64,000 bases of DNA from Octopus vulgaris (GCA_951406725.2 OX597837.1:42408001-42472000), one strand, 5' to 3'. Positions 26,547 through 39,358 are shown, counted from the first letter of the stretch. Notes: generated from the letters alone by a model not told the origin. Program-made: numbers and translations.

Positions 26547-26947
26547 TACTCTCTCTTTTACTTGTTTCAGTCATTTGACTGCAGCCATGCTGGAGAACCG
26601 CCTTTAGTTGAGCAACTCGACCGCGGGACTTATTCTTTGTAAGCCCAGTACTTATTCTATCAGTCACTTTTGCCGAACCGCTAAGTGACGGGGACATAAA
26701 CACACCAGCATCGGTTGTCAAGCAATGCTAGGGGGACAAACACAGACACACAAACATACACGCACATATATATATACATATATACAACGGGCTTCTTTCG
26801 GTTTCCGTCTACCAAATCCACTCACAAGGCTTTGGTCGGCCCGAGGCTATAGTAGAGACACTTGCCCAAGGTGACACGCAGTGGGACTGAACCCGGAACC
26901 AAGTGGTTGGTAAGCAAGCTACTTACCACACAGCCACTCCTGTGCCT
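26547..26947 (-). mobile_element. Full-length family A SINE (CpG-rich, young)
   Basis: Close match to 13376-13780. Confidence 0.9.
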
Positions 26948-28228
26948 ATATGTATGAAAAACTTGTAGTCCATCACTAACTTGATACATGATACACTTAG
27001 CTCTGTTGTGCATCTGTTCATGCATGTGTATACTTTTGACAACTACAGCATCGAGCATCAGTTAGAATTCTATTCGTCTGTTGTAACCAAATAATTCATG
27101 ACAATTCTTGTGTGTGTGTGTGTGTGTGCATGAGCTTAAATAATCATCGCTTGTAAGTACAGAGGAAGTTTTAAGAGCCTCATATATATGCTTTCCACAT
27201 AGAATCATACATATGTACTGACAGATAAATATACATATGGATGTTTGAGTGTATGTAAAGATATATATATATATGTGTGTGTGTGTGTGTATGAAAGTGA
27301 GAGAATATAGACAGACAGTAGATACACACACATGTATATCTCATCATCATTTAACATCCACATTTCCATGCTTGTATAGGTCACGTATAAACATATACAC
27401 ACACACACACACATAAATGAATATATTACACGCATACATATATATATATATATGTGTGTGCATGTAAATAAGTGTGCATACATACGCACATATTTACACA
27501 AGCATGAGTATTATACGAGTGATAAACAGATGTTTATAATAATGATGATGGTGATGATGATGATATATGCCTTGTGTTCATCAGAGATTACCAAAATTCT
27601 TTTACCTAGAAGCTGACCTTTCAGTGATAAGGCAAAATATAAATTTAAGAGCTACTTATCAGTCGAGAAAAAAACTGCATCTTTTGAGGCAGAAAATATT
27701 ATATATTCCATACTATAGAGTTTAGATGGCCATTTCCTTTAATTCTTAAATACTAATAACTTTCTTTTGTTGTTGCTATTATTATTTCCTATGCTTTTGT
27801 TTTATTTTCGGTTAGTTTAGTGAGTGTCTGCATAAGGAAAGTCAGCCGCATTGATTGTATCTCTTTTTCTATTTTCTTCTCTTTTTACTTTTATCCGTCT
27901 CATGCCTGAGTGTGTAGTACGCATTAAAATGAGATAAAAATTAATATTCAAATGATGAGAAAAATTAAGAAAGACCATAGTCGGCAGCAGTGTGGAAATA
28001 AAAGCTAACCGGCTGTATATTAATACAATGTAGTTGGCTGTCATCATTGCTGTTGTTGTGGTGGTGGTCGTGGAAGAAAATAAGTGCAGTTTCAAAAGAG
28101 TGGTATGTCAACGAAGGACGGACCTATATAATTCACTCAATGGATGAAAAGAAATGTCAATTCACACAGCACAAGGGGAAGGTACAAAATACTGTGAAGT
28201 AGTGACTCTTGACCAGATAACATCCACG

Positions 28229-28453
28229 CTAACCCTTTCATTACCAACCCGGCTGAAACCACCTCTGGCTCTGTAGTACAAATGTCTTGTTTTCATAAGT
28301 TTTGAATTAAAATCTTCCACCAAACCTTAGTCACAATTTATGTTCCTAGCACTGAGTGATAACTAAGTTATTTTACTAAATTCTTTGTTATATTTAAAGC
28401 AATTGAAAGAAAAACAAAGCATCTCAAAATAAATACAGTAATGAAAGGGTTAA
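28229..28453. mobile_element. piggyBac-like MITE family P2
   Basis: (C)TAA-CCCTTTCATTAC...GTAATGAAAGGG-TTAA. A second copy lies at 44233-44456. Confidence 0.85.
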
Positions 28454-28539
28454 AACTTTCATATTAGATTTAAAAACTCGTCATCATATACGTGAGTTTG
28501 CATGTGTAAATATTATAAACACACACACATATATACATG

Positions 28540-28792
28540 ATGGACTCTCCTATCGGAGATGATGTACGAGTGTTCAGTTTTTGCCAAAGGACCTGCACAA
28601 ATGATTTGTTCATGGTGATCAAATGCATGTGCTGTACATTAGCTCAATCTCTCCATTGAATTGACACTGTCTGAATAGGTGCATGGTGTACCACATGTCG
28701 GATGTTGAAGTGACTGTGGAACAACATGAGATGAAGTGGCTTGCTCTTGAAACCATAATTTGGTGATCAAGAGTGCAACACTCTAACCGCTT
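28540..28792 (-). mobile_element. Decayed tRNA-head SINE (family D)
   Basis: Reverse complement begins GCGGTTAGAGTGTTGCACTCTTGATC...AGAGCAAGCCACTTCATCTCATGTTG, a head similar to the element at about 36430-36830. Confidence 0.55.
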
Positions 28793-31327
28793 AATGTATA
28801 CTTTTCTGTCTTTTTACATATAATTCTGTGTGCCATGCAGGTATATCTAGCTTTCATTGCTGCCTTACTTCATTTAATTTATATGTCTGCTGCTTTCTGC
28901 CCCCTCTTTTAACCTTTTCTGATAAGTTGTAGTGCACCTGAGCACTTTATACAATGAGCTCATAATTATTATTAATAAACACTGACAAACTACAGCTACA
29001 CAAATTTTTATCTCTCTATAGTAAACAGTTCACATTGAAGCCCAATTACACTGCTCTAATTATCAGATTTAATGTTTCCAGTTTTCAATTTTATATAGTT
29101 AAAACAAAAAAAAGGCAAACTTAGTTACCTTTTTTCAGCTTTTAAAAGGAAGTTCCCACCCAACCGAACCCAACCACAAGTATTTCTCTGTATCTCTCTC
29201 TCTTTTCCATACCTATGAACCTTCCCTCCAGCCAGCCAGCCTCATATAAAACATTACCGTAAAGCATCTAGTCTATATTCTGCAGCAATTCACCAAAAAC
29301 TCAATAGGAACAAAAAAAGAAAATAGTAACAACAATAATAAACTCTAATTCATCTCAGCATGTATTCCATAACGGAGAAACAATATATTGGAATATCTAT
29401 TTTCAGCAATGAAAATCAGATTAATTCTGCAGAATCAAATGCAGAATACTTTATGATATCTATAAACATTTATTAATGGACAACGAGGAAGTTACAACAG
29501 AAAACAATAACAACAACAGCACTGTGGTATTAATATAAAACAATTCTTTCTAATTTTGGTACAAAGCCTGCAATTTCGACAGATGGGAGTAAGTCAATTA
29601 CACTGACTTCAGTGCTTGACTCGTACTTGTTTTGTTGACTCCGTACGAATGAGAAGCAAAGCCAGACCCGGTGGAATTTCATCTCAGAATATAAAGAACC
29701 AGAAGAAATTCTGCTAAGCATTTTGTCTAACATGCTAACAATTCTGCCAAGCTTGCCATAATAATAATAATAATAATTTCAAATTTTGGCACAAGGCCAG
29801 TAATTTCAGGAGAGTGGGGTAGGTCAATTAGTTCGAACCTAGTGTCCAACTGGTATTCATTTTATTGACCCAAAAAGGATGAAAGGCAAAGTCAACCTTG
29901 GTGGAATTTGAAATAATAATAAGACTGCAGCCCATGATAGAGCAATGCCATGATGGGTTTCTGTCAAACAAATCAATCCCAGTACTATTTTTTTGAAGCC
30001 AGGTCCTTATTGTATCACTCTCTTTTGCTGAACTGCTAATTATAGGGAGTAAGTAAACCAAAATCAGTTGTCAAGTGTGTGTGTTTGTGTGTGTGGACAA
30101 AGACAAAAATACACACTCCTCTATCCCTCTCTCTCTTTCAGAGAGGCACTGAGCAGCTATACACACACATACACACACGGCAGTAACTCCCGCCTACCGA
30201 ATTCAATCACAAAGCTCCGGTCGGCTCAGGGCTATAGCGGAAGACACCTACCCAAAGTGCCACGCAGTGGGACTGAACCCGGTATGTATGAATCTCTCTC
30301 CCTCCCTTTCCCTCTCTCTATAATACACACACACACACACACAATAGCTTCTTTCAGTTTCTGTCAACCAGTTCCCCTCACAAAGCTTTGGTCGGCCCCC
30401 AAGCTACAGTATACAGAAGACACTTGCCTAAGACGCCACACAGTAGGACTGAACCCAGAACCTCATGGTTGGGAAGAAAAGTTCTTACTAAACACTCACA
30501 TTTGTAAAACTTTGCATAAGTATGCATCTATGTATGTATGTATGTTTGTATGCATGTATGTATACATATATATATATATATACACACATACATACATGTC
30601 TATTCACATGTGTGGGTGTATGTAAATTTTCCAATGTTTTATAAATAATATGGTAATATTTCTGTAAATATAATATCATCAGTTTTAATTCAATTTTTAC
30701 AGCCTACCATTAAACCATTCAGTAGACCAGTAAAACATGTTGTAAGCATAAAAGCTGTCATTTTTTTATGGCACAAGTATCTATGTGTTTATATAATACT
30801 ATCAAGACCTATTATTTTCAATGGGTGCCATGCACTATTCTCTCTTCAGATTACTGGTCTCAGGCTTTCAGCTAACATCACAAGAGTAATATTGTATCAT
30901 TAACGGTAAAGTACAAAGTCTTTAAACAAGAAAGTTATAAAATATTTTTACTTGTTATTTTGAGCAGGTATGTTGAATTTATATACGTCCATTAGTATAT
31001 AATGTTTCACTTTACTTGGTTCATGGACATGGTTAAAGTATGAATGCCACAATTCCTGATTTTTTTTTATCTAATACACTTGGACATATTTCATAAGCCA
31101 TTTTCATTATGCTACCAGCGTTAGGGAGAGTTGGTCTACACAAAGATTAAAGTCTAATCTACTGTGTATCAGATCTTATTGAGAGCTAATGCCTCTTGGA
31201 CAAGTAGGTTGAGATCAGAGTCGCAGAGATCAGATTTCATTAAGATATTCAAACCCATGACACCGTAGGAAAAAAAACAGACATAAAAACAGTCATAACG
31301 AGAAATGTATACATAAGATTAAGATGT

Positions 31328-31687
31328 GCAGCATGGCTGTGTGGTAAGAAGCTTACTTCCCAACCACATGGTTCTGGGTTCTAAGGCATGTGTCTTCTAC
31401 TATAGCCCAGGGGCAACCAAAACCTTATGAGTGGATCCGGTAGATGGAAACTGAAATAAGACTGTTGTCCTATATGTGTGTGTGTGTGTGTGTGTGCCTT
31501 TCAATATTAGTGTGTTTAAATCTCTGTAACTTAGCGGTTCACCTTAAGAGATCGATAGATTAAGTACTAATCTTATAAAGAATAAGTCTTGGGGTTGATT
31601 TCTTTGACTAACAAAACCCCTTAAGGCGGTGCTCCAGCATGGCTGCAGTCAAATCACTGAAGCAAGTAAGAGAGTTAAAGAATAAGA
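31328..31687 (+). mobile_element. Family A SINE with internal deletion
   Basis: GCATGGCTGTGTGGTAAGAAG...GGCGGTGCTCCAGCATGGCTGCAGTC. Confidence 0.85.
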
Positions 31688-32886
31688 ATGCATATAAAAT
31701 ATTGTTTATGCTTTTAGAGAAGCCAGTGGAGAAACAGAACCTGAGAGAGATTGAACCTACGTCTCAGTATTTAGCTCCATCTCTTTTATACCTCCTTTAA
31801 GTTCACACTTCTTTGGTTTCACATTGTCTTTCCTTTCTTCAGGGATGATAAATTAAGTTGCAGGTAGGCAACCATCTCTACGAATTAGGGGCTTTGTCTC
31901 AAACTAAATAGCTATTATCTTTTGACATTGAATAAATGATTTTTATTGTTTCCTGAATTTTGTGACACAACTTACAAAATAAAAACCTTATGTTTGCATA
32001 AACAATTTTCTAAACAATTTATTTTTCTATCCTCCCTTATGGAATACAATCTGATACTTAGGTGTTTATTGTGACTGATAACTAGATGACGAGTGTTGTA
32101 CAAGTAAATATATTTCTTAGTCAACCAAGTTGGTACTATAAGATGGCAAACTGGTAGAAACAATACAGTGTTGGGTAAAATGCTTTGTGGTATGTATTCT
32201 AGTTCCTCGCATTCAGAGTTCAAATTCACCAGGGTCAACTCTACCTTTCATACTTCTGTGGTCAAAAGTAGTAGCTTGGAGCAGTTAACTGTTATAATCA
32301 TTTGAGTTTTGGATGAGCTGCCTTGTGGTATTTCTTCTGGTTCATAGTGTTTCAAGTTCAAATCCCACCATAGTTTACTTGGGCAGTGAACTGAATCTAT
32401 TTACCTAGAATTAACATGAACAACTAGCCCTAGGTTGCCTTTTACCGTGTTCACACTGTTGCAATGCAACCATGAGGCCCAGGTCTTCAGTTTGAGGATG
32501 ACTTTCTACTTTCCTTCAATTGAACCAGTCTCAGAGAACCCGGATAAGGGTCTATGTACACTGCTCTTTTTCCTAAGCCACACACACACACTCTCATTCA
32601 ATATCCATTTTCCATGCTGGCATGAGTTGGATAGTTCAACAGGAACCAGTGAGCCAGAGGACTGTGCTAAGCTCCAGTGCCAGCGTTTGCATGGTTTCTA
32701 TGGGTGGATGCCCTTCCTAATGTCAACTTCTTTACAGCGTACTGGATGCTTTTTACATGGCACCAGCAGTAGTGAAATAATAACTTGCAAGGCAAGACCC
32801 ACAACTGAGAGGGTATAGAATTGAGGATGGTGGCTTTATGCCAAGTGATAAGAGGTCAAAGTATGACAGAGGGACAAGAACAGGTG

Positions 32887-33551
32887 TCATCATCATCATC
32901 GTTTAACGTCCGTTTTCCATGCTAGCATGGGTTGGACGGTTCGACTGGGGTCTGGGAATCCAGGAGGCTGCACCAGGCTCCAGTTTGATCTGGCAGTGTT
33001 TCTACAGCTGGATTGCCCTTCCTAACGCCAACCACTCCGTGAGTGTAGTGGGTGCTTTTTACGTGCCACCCGCACAGGTGCCAGGGGAGTCTGGCAGCGG
33101 CCACGATCGGTTGGTGCTTTTTACGTGCCACCGGCACAGAAACCAGTCAAGGCAGCACTGGCATCGGCCACATTCGGATGGTGCTTTTTACATGCCACCG
33201 GCACAGAAGCCAGTCAAGGCGGCGCTGGCATCGGCCACGTTTGGATGGTGCTTTTTACGTGTCACTGGCACAGAAACCAGTCAAAGCAGCACTGGCATCG
33301 GCCACATTCGGATGGTGCTTTTTACATGCCACCGGCACAGAAGCCAGTCAAGGTGGCGCTGGCATCGGCCACTTTTGGATGGTGCTTTTTACATGCCACC
33401 GGCACAGAAACCAGTCAAGGTGGCGCTGGCATCGGCCACATTCGGATGGTGCTTTTTACATGCCACCGGCACAGAAGCCAGTCAAGGCGGCGCTGGCATC
33501 GGTCACATTCGGATGGTGCTTTTTACATGCCACCGGCACAAAAGCCAGTCA
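32887..33551 (-). mobile_element. Family C retroposon with expanded 5' monomer array
   Basis: (CAT)n tail at 32887, body to about 33050, then tandem monomers. Confidence 0.85.
33113..33551. repeat. 67-bp tandem repeat, about 6.5 units
   Basis: TGCCACCGGCACA (or a close variant) recurs at 33126, 33193, 33260, 33327, 33394, 33461 and 33528, a period of 67. Confidence 0.95.
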
Positions 33552-35107
33552 TGCGGTAGGTTTTTTTAAAACTTATTTATCTCACATTCAGATAAATTTA
33601 GATGACTTCATTAAGGTTTCCAACAGCTACATCTTTCAGGAATGGTATATATAGTTTCAATATGCTGACTGCTTCTGTAGTGAGTCTGAGAAAACTTTCA
33701 TAGGACTCCTTTTCTTATCAAGTTTAAAAAAAAATAATCCCTGGTGCTCCATGCGAAAGGAGAGCAGTGGCTGACATAATCACATATAAAAGTAAATAAA
33801 TAAACGTAGTAAAAAACATTCAATGCCCAGAATTCCTATCAAATCTACATGACAAATACTTTTCCCCAAACATTTCATCTAATTAAGTAGATTGTTTAGA
33901 CATGATAACTTATACAAGATACATACATAATAATGAATACACATAAAAGAGAAATATCACAAACACCCGCATCTACATCGATATATATATGTACGTCTGC
34001 ATAAAAGAATATGCTAAGAAAAGTGCAAAGACAAAAATATATATATACACATGTATATATATATATATGTATGTATGTATTGTTGACATATACAACTGTA
34101 TAAATAATGACATTTTTTTTCCTTCTCCATATATCATTTCACATTAAATTTCTATTGATGTATATTTTCTATTATGTCAAAAGACAGCATGGCTCTATTG
34201 AGAACATATCTCCAATATAAATGGCATTATTTCAAAACCTGAAAATAAAGGTCACTTCGAAAAATTGATCAATGTTAGCAACGATGCATGAAAGATAAAT
34301 TGAATTTGTAAATACTAAATTGCATTTCATATGCAAATTATCTTTTATTTCTATTTTTTTTCTTTTCAATTTTATTTTATTTTATTTATTATTATTATTA
34401 TTTTTTTCTTTTTATTTTTCACTGTTCGTCCAGTGTTTGAAGGAAAACATTTATCTGTTAAAGGAAATGGTATTTCTGCTATAAATCTTGTAAAGTGCCT
34501 TAATTAGAAAGAATATACCCAGCTATACTGAAAACTGAAAATGAATAAAAAAAAAAAATTACTGAATAAAAAAAATGTCTTGTGTTCGTAAAATATTCGG
34601 TCAGAACAAGTTAGAAAAAAGGAATATTATGGAAATAAAAAAAGGGGGGGAAGATATGAAGAAGGAAAAACGAGTTCTTTTTTTTTTTTTTTTTGTAATA
34701 TATCCTATTTAGTACATAGAAACTTAGCTCTACCTTTAATTACAGATATGAACTGAAAACGCATTTCATACTGGAATTGGGTACCCCACTTATTGACCTA
34801 CACTCGCTCCCACCAGCACCAACCGTTTCGTGGGAAAAAAAGATTCCAAAGAATTAACAAAGGAAGCATGTATTCCAAAGCTCTGATGATGTCACAGAAC
34901 ATCTTTTGTAAGACAACTGCCTGTGAACTGGTTGAACATAAAGACGCGTTCTTGTTCTTCACTTGAAAGAACAAAGTTTCAAACACAAAATAATTGGAGG
35001 CAGAAAATTAACTCATGCAGTACAAATGCATAAATATGTATGGTGTGTGTATGTGTGTGTATATATATATACATATGTATATATGTATATATATATATAT
35101 ATATATA

Positions 35108-35193
35108 CTTTATTTAAAGCAGCAGAAAATTCAACAAAACCTGTTACTCAGAGTAACAGGTTTTGTTGAATTTTCTGCTGCATTTAAATAAAG
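35108..35193. repeat. Near-perfect palindrome: 31-bp perfect arms, 1-nt centre, 11 more bp after a bulge
   Basis: GCAGCAGAAAATTCAACAAAACCTGTTACTC-A-GAGTAACAGGTTTTGTTGAATTTTCTGCTGC. Confidence 0.95.
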
Positions 35194-35264
35194 CATATTA
35201 CTCTACCACTGGTATTTGAGTACTCTTTTTTCCACCTTGTTTCACATTTATGTGTTTACTCCGC

Positions 35265-35301
<37 letters not shown>

Positions 35302-35810
35302 ATACACACACACATGCATACATCATCATTATCACCATTTCAATGTCTATACTCCAATGCATGCATGAGTTAGGTGAAGTTTATTGAGGCAAATTTTCTA
35401 CAGAAAGATGCCCTTCCTGTTGCCAACCCTTAGCTGTTTCCAAGCATGGTAATATTTCCCCACAGTGAAACATATTTCTGAAGAGTATTAGAAATGAATG
35501 GCATTCATTTACAACACTTACACCAAGTCAAGACAAGGAGATATCAACATATAGATGTTCTCTCTCTCTCACACACACACACACTTCTTGTATCTCTTGT
35601 TTCAGCCATCAAAGTGTGGTCATGCTGAGATACTGCCTTGAGGGTTGAGCTGAACAAATCAACCTCGGGACCAATTTTCCTAAACCTGGTACTTATTCTA
35701 AAGGTCTCTTTTTTCTAAATAGCTAAGTGATGGGGACATAAACAAACCAACACCAGTTGCTGAGCAGTGGTGGTAGAACAAACAAAAAGACACATACATC
35801 TCAAGATATA

Positions 35811-35856
<46 letters not shown>

Positions 35857-36216
35857 TGGTGGGACAAAGAGGAAGACACATACATTAAGATATATATATA
35901 TATACTGATTCTGTCCCCTGCCTTCCACCCTCTTTGATTCCCTCTCTCTCTGTCTCTCTTTCTCTCTCTCCTGCGACCTGCTGCTTCTTATATATATATA
36001 TATATTTGGTCTAAAGTCGTATGACAACCACCGTTATATATATATATTCATTACTGTTTTCAATATATATACTAATGCTTACAGCTTATATATATCAGAA
36101 TGAACAGCCGAAATTTGCTATATGATTCGGTGTCTGACTGAAGATTGAAGGTTGAAAATTTGTCTGTGTTCCGTGTTCGTCCTTCCTGAGTTCATTATAT
36201 ATAAAAACATTCATTC

Positions 36217-36247
<31 letters not shown>

Positions 36248-36312
36248 AGTTGATATATATGGAAAAAAAAATTCAAGATAGAAAATGCTAAAATAATTTT
36301 ATAAAAACATTT

Positions 36313-36348
36313 CAGTACCGGTTTCAGTCATTGAGACTTTTTCAACTG
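36313..36348 (-). ncRNA. Minimal type-I hammerhead ribozyme motif (Penelope-like element type, U3:A8 variant)
   Basis: Minus strand reads CAG-TTGAAAA-AGTC-TCAAT-GACT-GAAA-CCGG-TA-CTG. Stem I is CAG/CTG, the core is UUGAAAA, stem II is AGUC/GACU, then GAAA, a palindromic stem III ACCGGU and a GUA cleavage triplet. Confidence 0.7.
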
Positions 36349-36429
36349 TAAGTATGGAAAGCACTTAAATTTGGAAAAATTAAGAGAAAAGTTTTTTTTT
36401 TTTCAAATATTTGTATAGTGTTCAAATAC

Positions 36430-36830
36430 AAGTGGTATTTTCCTTATTTCTGCCTGTCTCTGTCTCTCTGGTTAACTCTTGTGGGTTCGACCTTGAACCC
36501 ACAAGAGTTAACAAGAGAGACAGACCAGGCTGTGTGTAGTGTTCTTGAGCAAGATGCTTTACTTCTCATTGCTCCAGTTCACTCAGCTGTAGGAATGAGT
36601 TGCAACGTCACTGGAACCAAGCTGTATCGGCCCCTTTGCCTTTCCCTTGGATAACATGGGTGGCATGGAGAGGAGAGGTTGGTATGCATGGGTGACTGCT
36701 GGTCTTCCATAAAAACAACCCTAGGTTGTGCGTTCACCAGTGAGGTGACTTTCAGCTCAGATTCGTACCCTGGAGGGGAATCTCTTAGGCGCACCCATGG
36801 CCATTCATAACCAACTGAGTCAAGTTATAT
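36430..36830 (+). mobile_element. tRNA-head SINE (family D) with inverted duplication in its head
   Basis: B-box-like GGTTCGACC at 36484, followed by GTGTTCTTGAGCAAGATGCTTT...CACTCAGCTG...AATGAGT. Confidence 0.6.
36452..36530. repeat. 79-nt hairpin / inverted repeat
   Basis: TCTGTCTCTCT-G-GTTAACTCTTGTGGGTTC-gacctt-GAACCCACAAGAGTTAAC-A-AGAGAGACAGA, plus outer GCCTG/CAGGC. Confidence 0.9.
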
Positions 36831-38902
36831 ATATCATAAACATCAGGCTTCTTTCAGTTTTTGCATACCAAATCTTTAGTCAACCTGGGTTTATAGCAGA
36901 AACTGCCTGGCAAAGATACCACACAGTGAGACTGAACTTGAAACTAAGTGGTTGGGTAGTAAACTTCTTAAACATACAGCTACACCTGTGTGTATGTGCG
37001 TGTGTATATGTGTATATACACACACACATACATATACATACAGAGTGGAGTCTAGTGCAGTCTCTCAGTTTATCAGCCTGATCAAACCATCCAGCCCATG
37101 CCACCATGGACAACGGATGTTAAATGATGATGATGATGATGATGATGATATAAAAGCAAATTTAACTAATAATGGAAAAGTTATGAAGTAAATTTGGCAC
37201 TAAGTTAAATCTGAAGAAAATCGGTGATTCTAAATTAAACACTTTCACAGGTTTCATTCTCGCTGAAATCACTCTGAAAAAGTGCAGTAGAAAGAATGAA
37301 TGGAGGATAAATGATACAAATTTTTGTAACTTCTCAAGAAAATGTCATGGAGACATTAAAATTGAGGCAGTAAAAGTGTAAGATAAAAAATAAGAAGAAA
37401 ATGAAATTAATACCGCAAAATATGTAGTGGGCCAGCCAGCTGTAAGTTACCAAAAAAATAGCAATTGGTAATATCAAAAACTTGCAGGGCAAATAAACCC
37501 ATAGCAGGCTAAGGGGGGAAAAAAAACTGGTTGCAATAAAAGGAAAAAAAATGGCCAAATAAATAAAAGTGAAATGAAGCGACATACGAAATATGTTAAT
37601 ATCGAAGAAATAAATGCTGTCAGGCTTTTAGCTTTTTCCTTTGTATCCTGATTCAGAATTCATGGACAGTGTTCGTGTTTGAGATAGAAAGTGACAATAT
37701 GTGATTTATATGGAAGTTAGCATCTTGCAGCAGCATCAAATATATTTTACTTGCTGAGCATACACTGTTATACGCAGATAAATATTCGATTCTCAAAAGC
37801 ATTTCGCTGATTAAACAGAGAAGTTTCTTGTAGGAGAGCAACACAGCCTGAAATCTTAACAGGTGACAGCCAAATTTAATGGTTTAGGAAATTGATGTTT
37901 GTTGGAAAATGTCAGGTTAATCTTAGAGGAAATGAAATAATTTCTAAATATGTCATTAATTCATGTCCAATAAGAATATTGGTAATAAAATAATGAATTG
38001 TTTTGAAAGTAATATCTTTTGAATTAGACGCAAACATAGAATAATAAAACACAAACGAACAGAGAAAGGGCCAATTTCATAACCAAGTAGATATTTTGAA
38101 AATGAAAGAAAGATAGGTTCCAGTTGAATAGGATTTCCCTGTCTAGATCATCATCATCATCGTTGTTCTGCTCACCATCTTTATCATCATCTATCAATAT
38201 CTTAATCAATAACTTTAGCAACTGTTCAGTGACCTAAAGAGCAAACTTCGGACCTGTACTTGACTAACAATGGCATTATTTACCTCCATCCTTTGGCTAT
38301 TATACTTGCCAGTAAGCAATTTTTCACATAGTAGCTTCGTTTGCTCTATGTATCAGCTAAATATCCTGCAACTAAATTCATCTTTAAAATAAGGCTGTCA
38401 CTGGTGCCAACATATACCAGGAAGAAGGAAGAGGAGATTGCCATTACTAGAATACTGATTAAACGATGGAGTTTTAAAGTTTCAGCCTCAACATAGTTGC
38501 TAGACTTACTAGTAGCAGCAGCCAAATCCTCTTCATTTTTACATTTTTTTTTCAAGCATCAGAGTAACTCGGGACTTACGAAAGGAAAGCTTTATATTAC
38601 TCGGACCATATGAAAGAAGGGATAATCTAAGGTCTAAAAACAAGCATGGACATTTAGGGCAAACTATAAAATGCTTTGGACAGGTTAAAGAGATAGAAAT
38701 GACCCACTGGAAAATAATGGAGTTTCACCAAAGTTTAAGCCTCTAAAGAGTTACTTGACATCTTAGTAGTAGCAACCAAATCCTCTTGCTTTTAAACAGA
38801 ACACACTGAGATATGTTGCCCTAGATACACTGTGTGAATAAAGGAAGAGATGGCTAAAACCTGGAATGTCTTTGATGTTGAGTCTACTCAATCAGGACTG
38901 AC

Positions 38903-39358
38903 TTAACCCTTTGGTGTTCAGATTATTCTGTTAAATGTAAAGCTTTTTCGCTCACATTGTTTTGAATTAATCATGCATTATGTTATAGCTTTGAAATCTC
39001 AATGATGTGAATATTTATTTTTAGAATGTCAATGTAGGTTAGGTGCGAGAGGCTAGATACGGCTAGTTCAAATATAAAACATGTAGAATATTTGGGCCGG
39101 ATATTGCCAGTTTAACCCTTTAGTATTTAAAGCGGCCATATCCGGATATGGCCGGTTTAAACAGATTAAAATAGTTAATCTGTTTTATGTTCAAACTGAC
39201 CAGATCCAGGCTCTCACACCTACCCTACAATGCTATTCTACATTAAGTAATTACACCATCAAGATCTTGAAGATATGAGATAATGCATGATTAATTCAAA
39301 TCAATGGGAATCAATAAGCATTATGTTTGATAGGATAATCTGAACACTAAAGAGTTGA
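38903..39358. mobile_element. Two piggyBac-like P1 MITEs in inverted orientation
   Basis: TTAACCCTTT at 38903 and again at 39112. The second copy is the reverse complement of the first. Confidence 0.75.

Noticed and set aside
33113-33551. Regular repeat array resembling CRISPR, with long overlapping ORFs (144-216 aa)
   Set aside because: Units are wholly repeated with no unique spacers, there are no cas genes and the context is eukaryotic. The ORFs arise because the 67-bp unit lacks stops.
34798-34986. Non-repeat ORF or possible exon on the minus strand
   Set aside because: It has a weak AAG acceptor, no recognisable protein similarity and no good donor.
36130-36165. CTGAAGA...GAAAAT hammerhead-like motif
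   Set aside because: Stems I-III cannot be formed convincingly, so it is at best a decayed relic.
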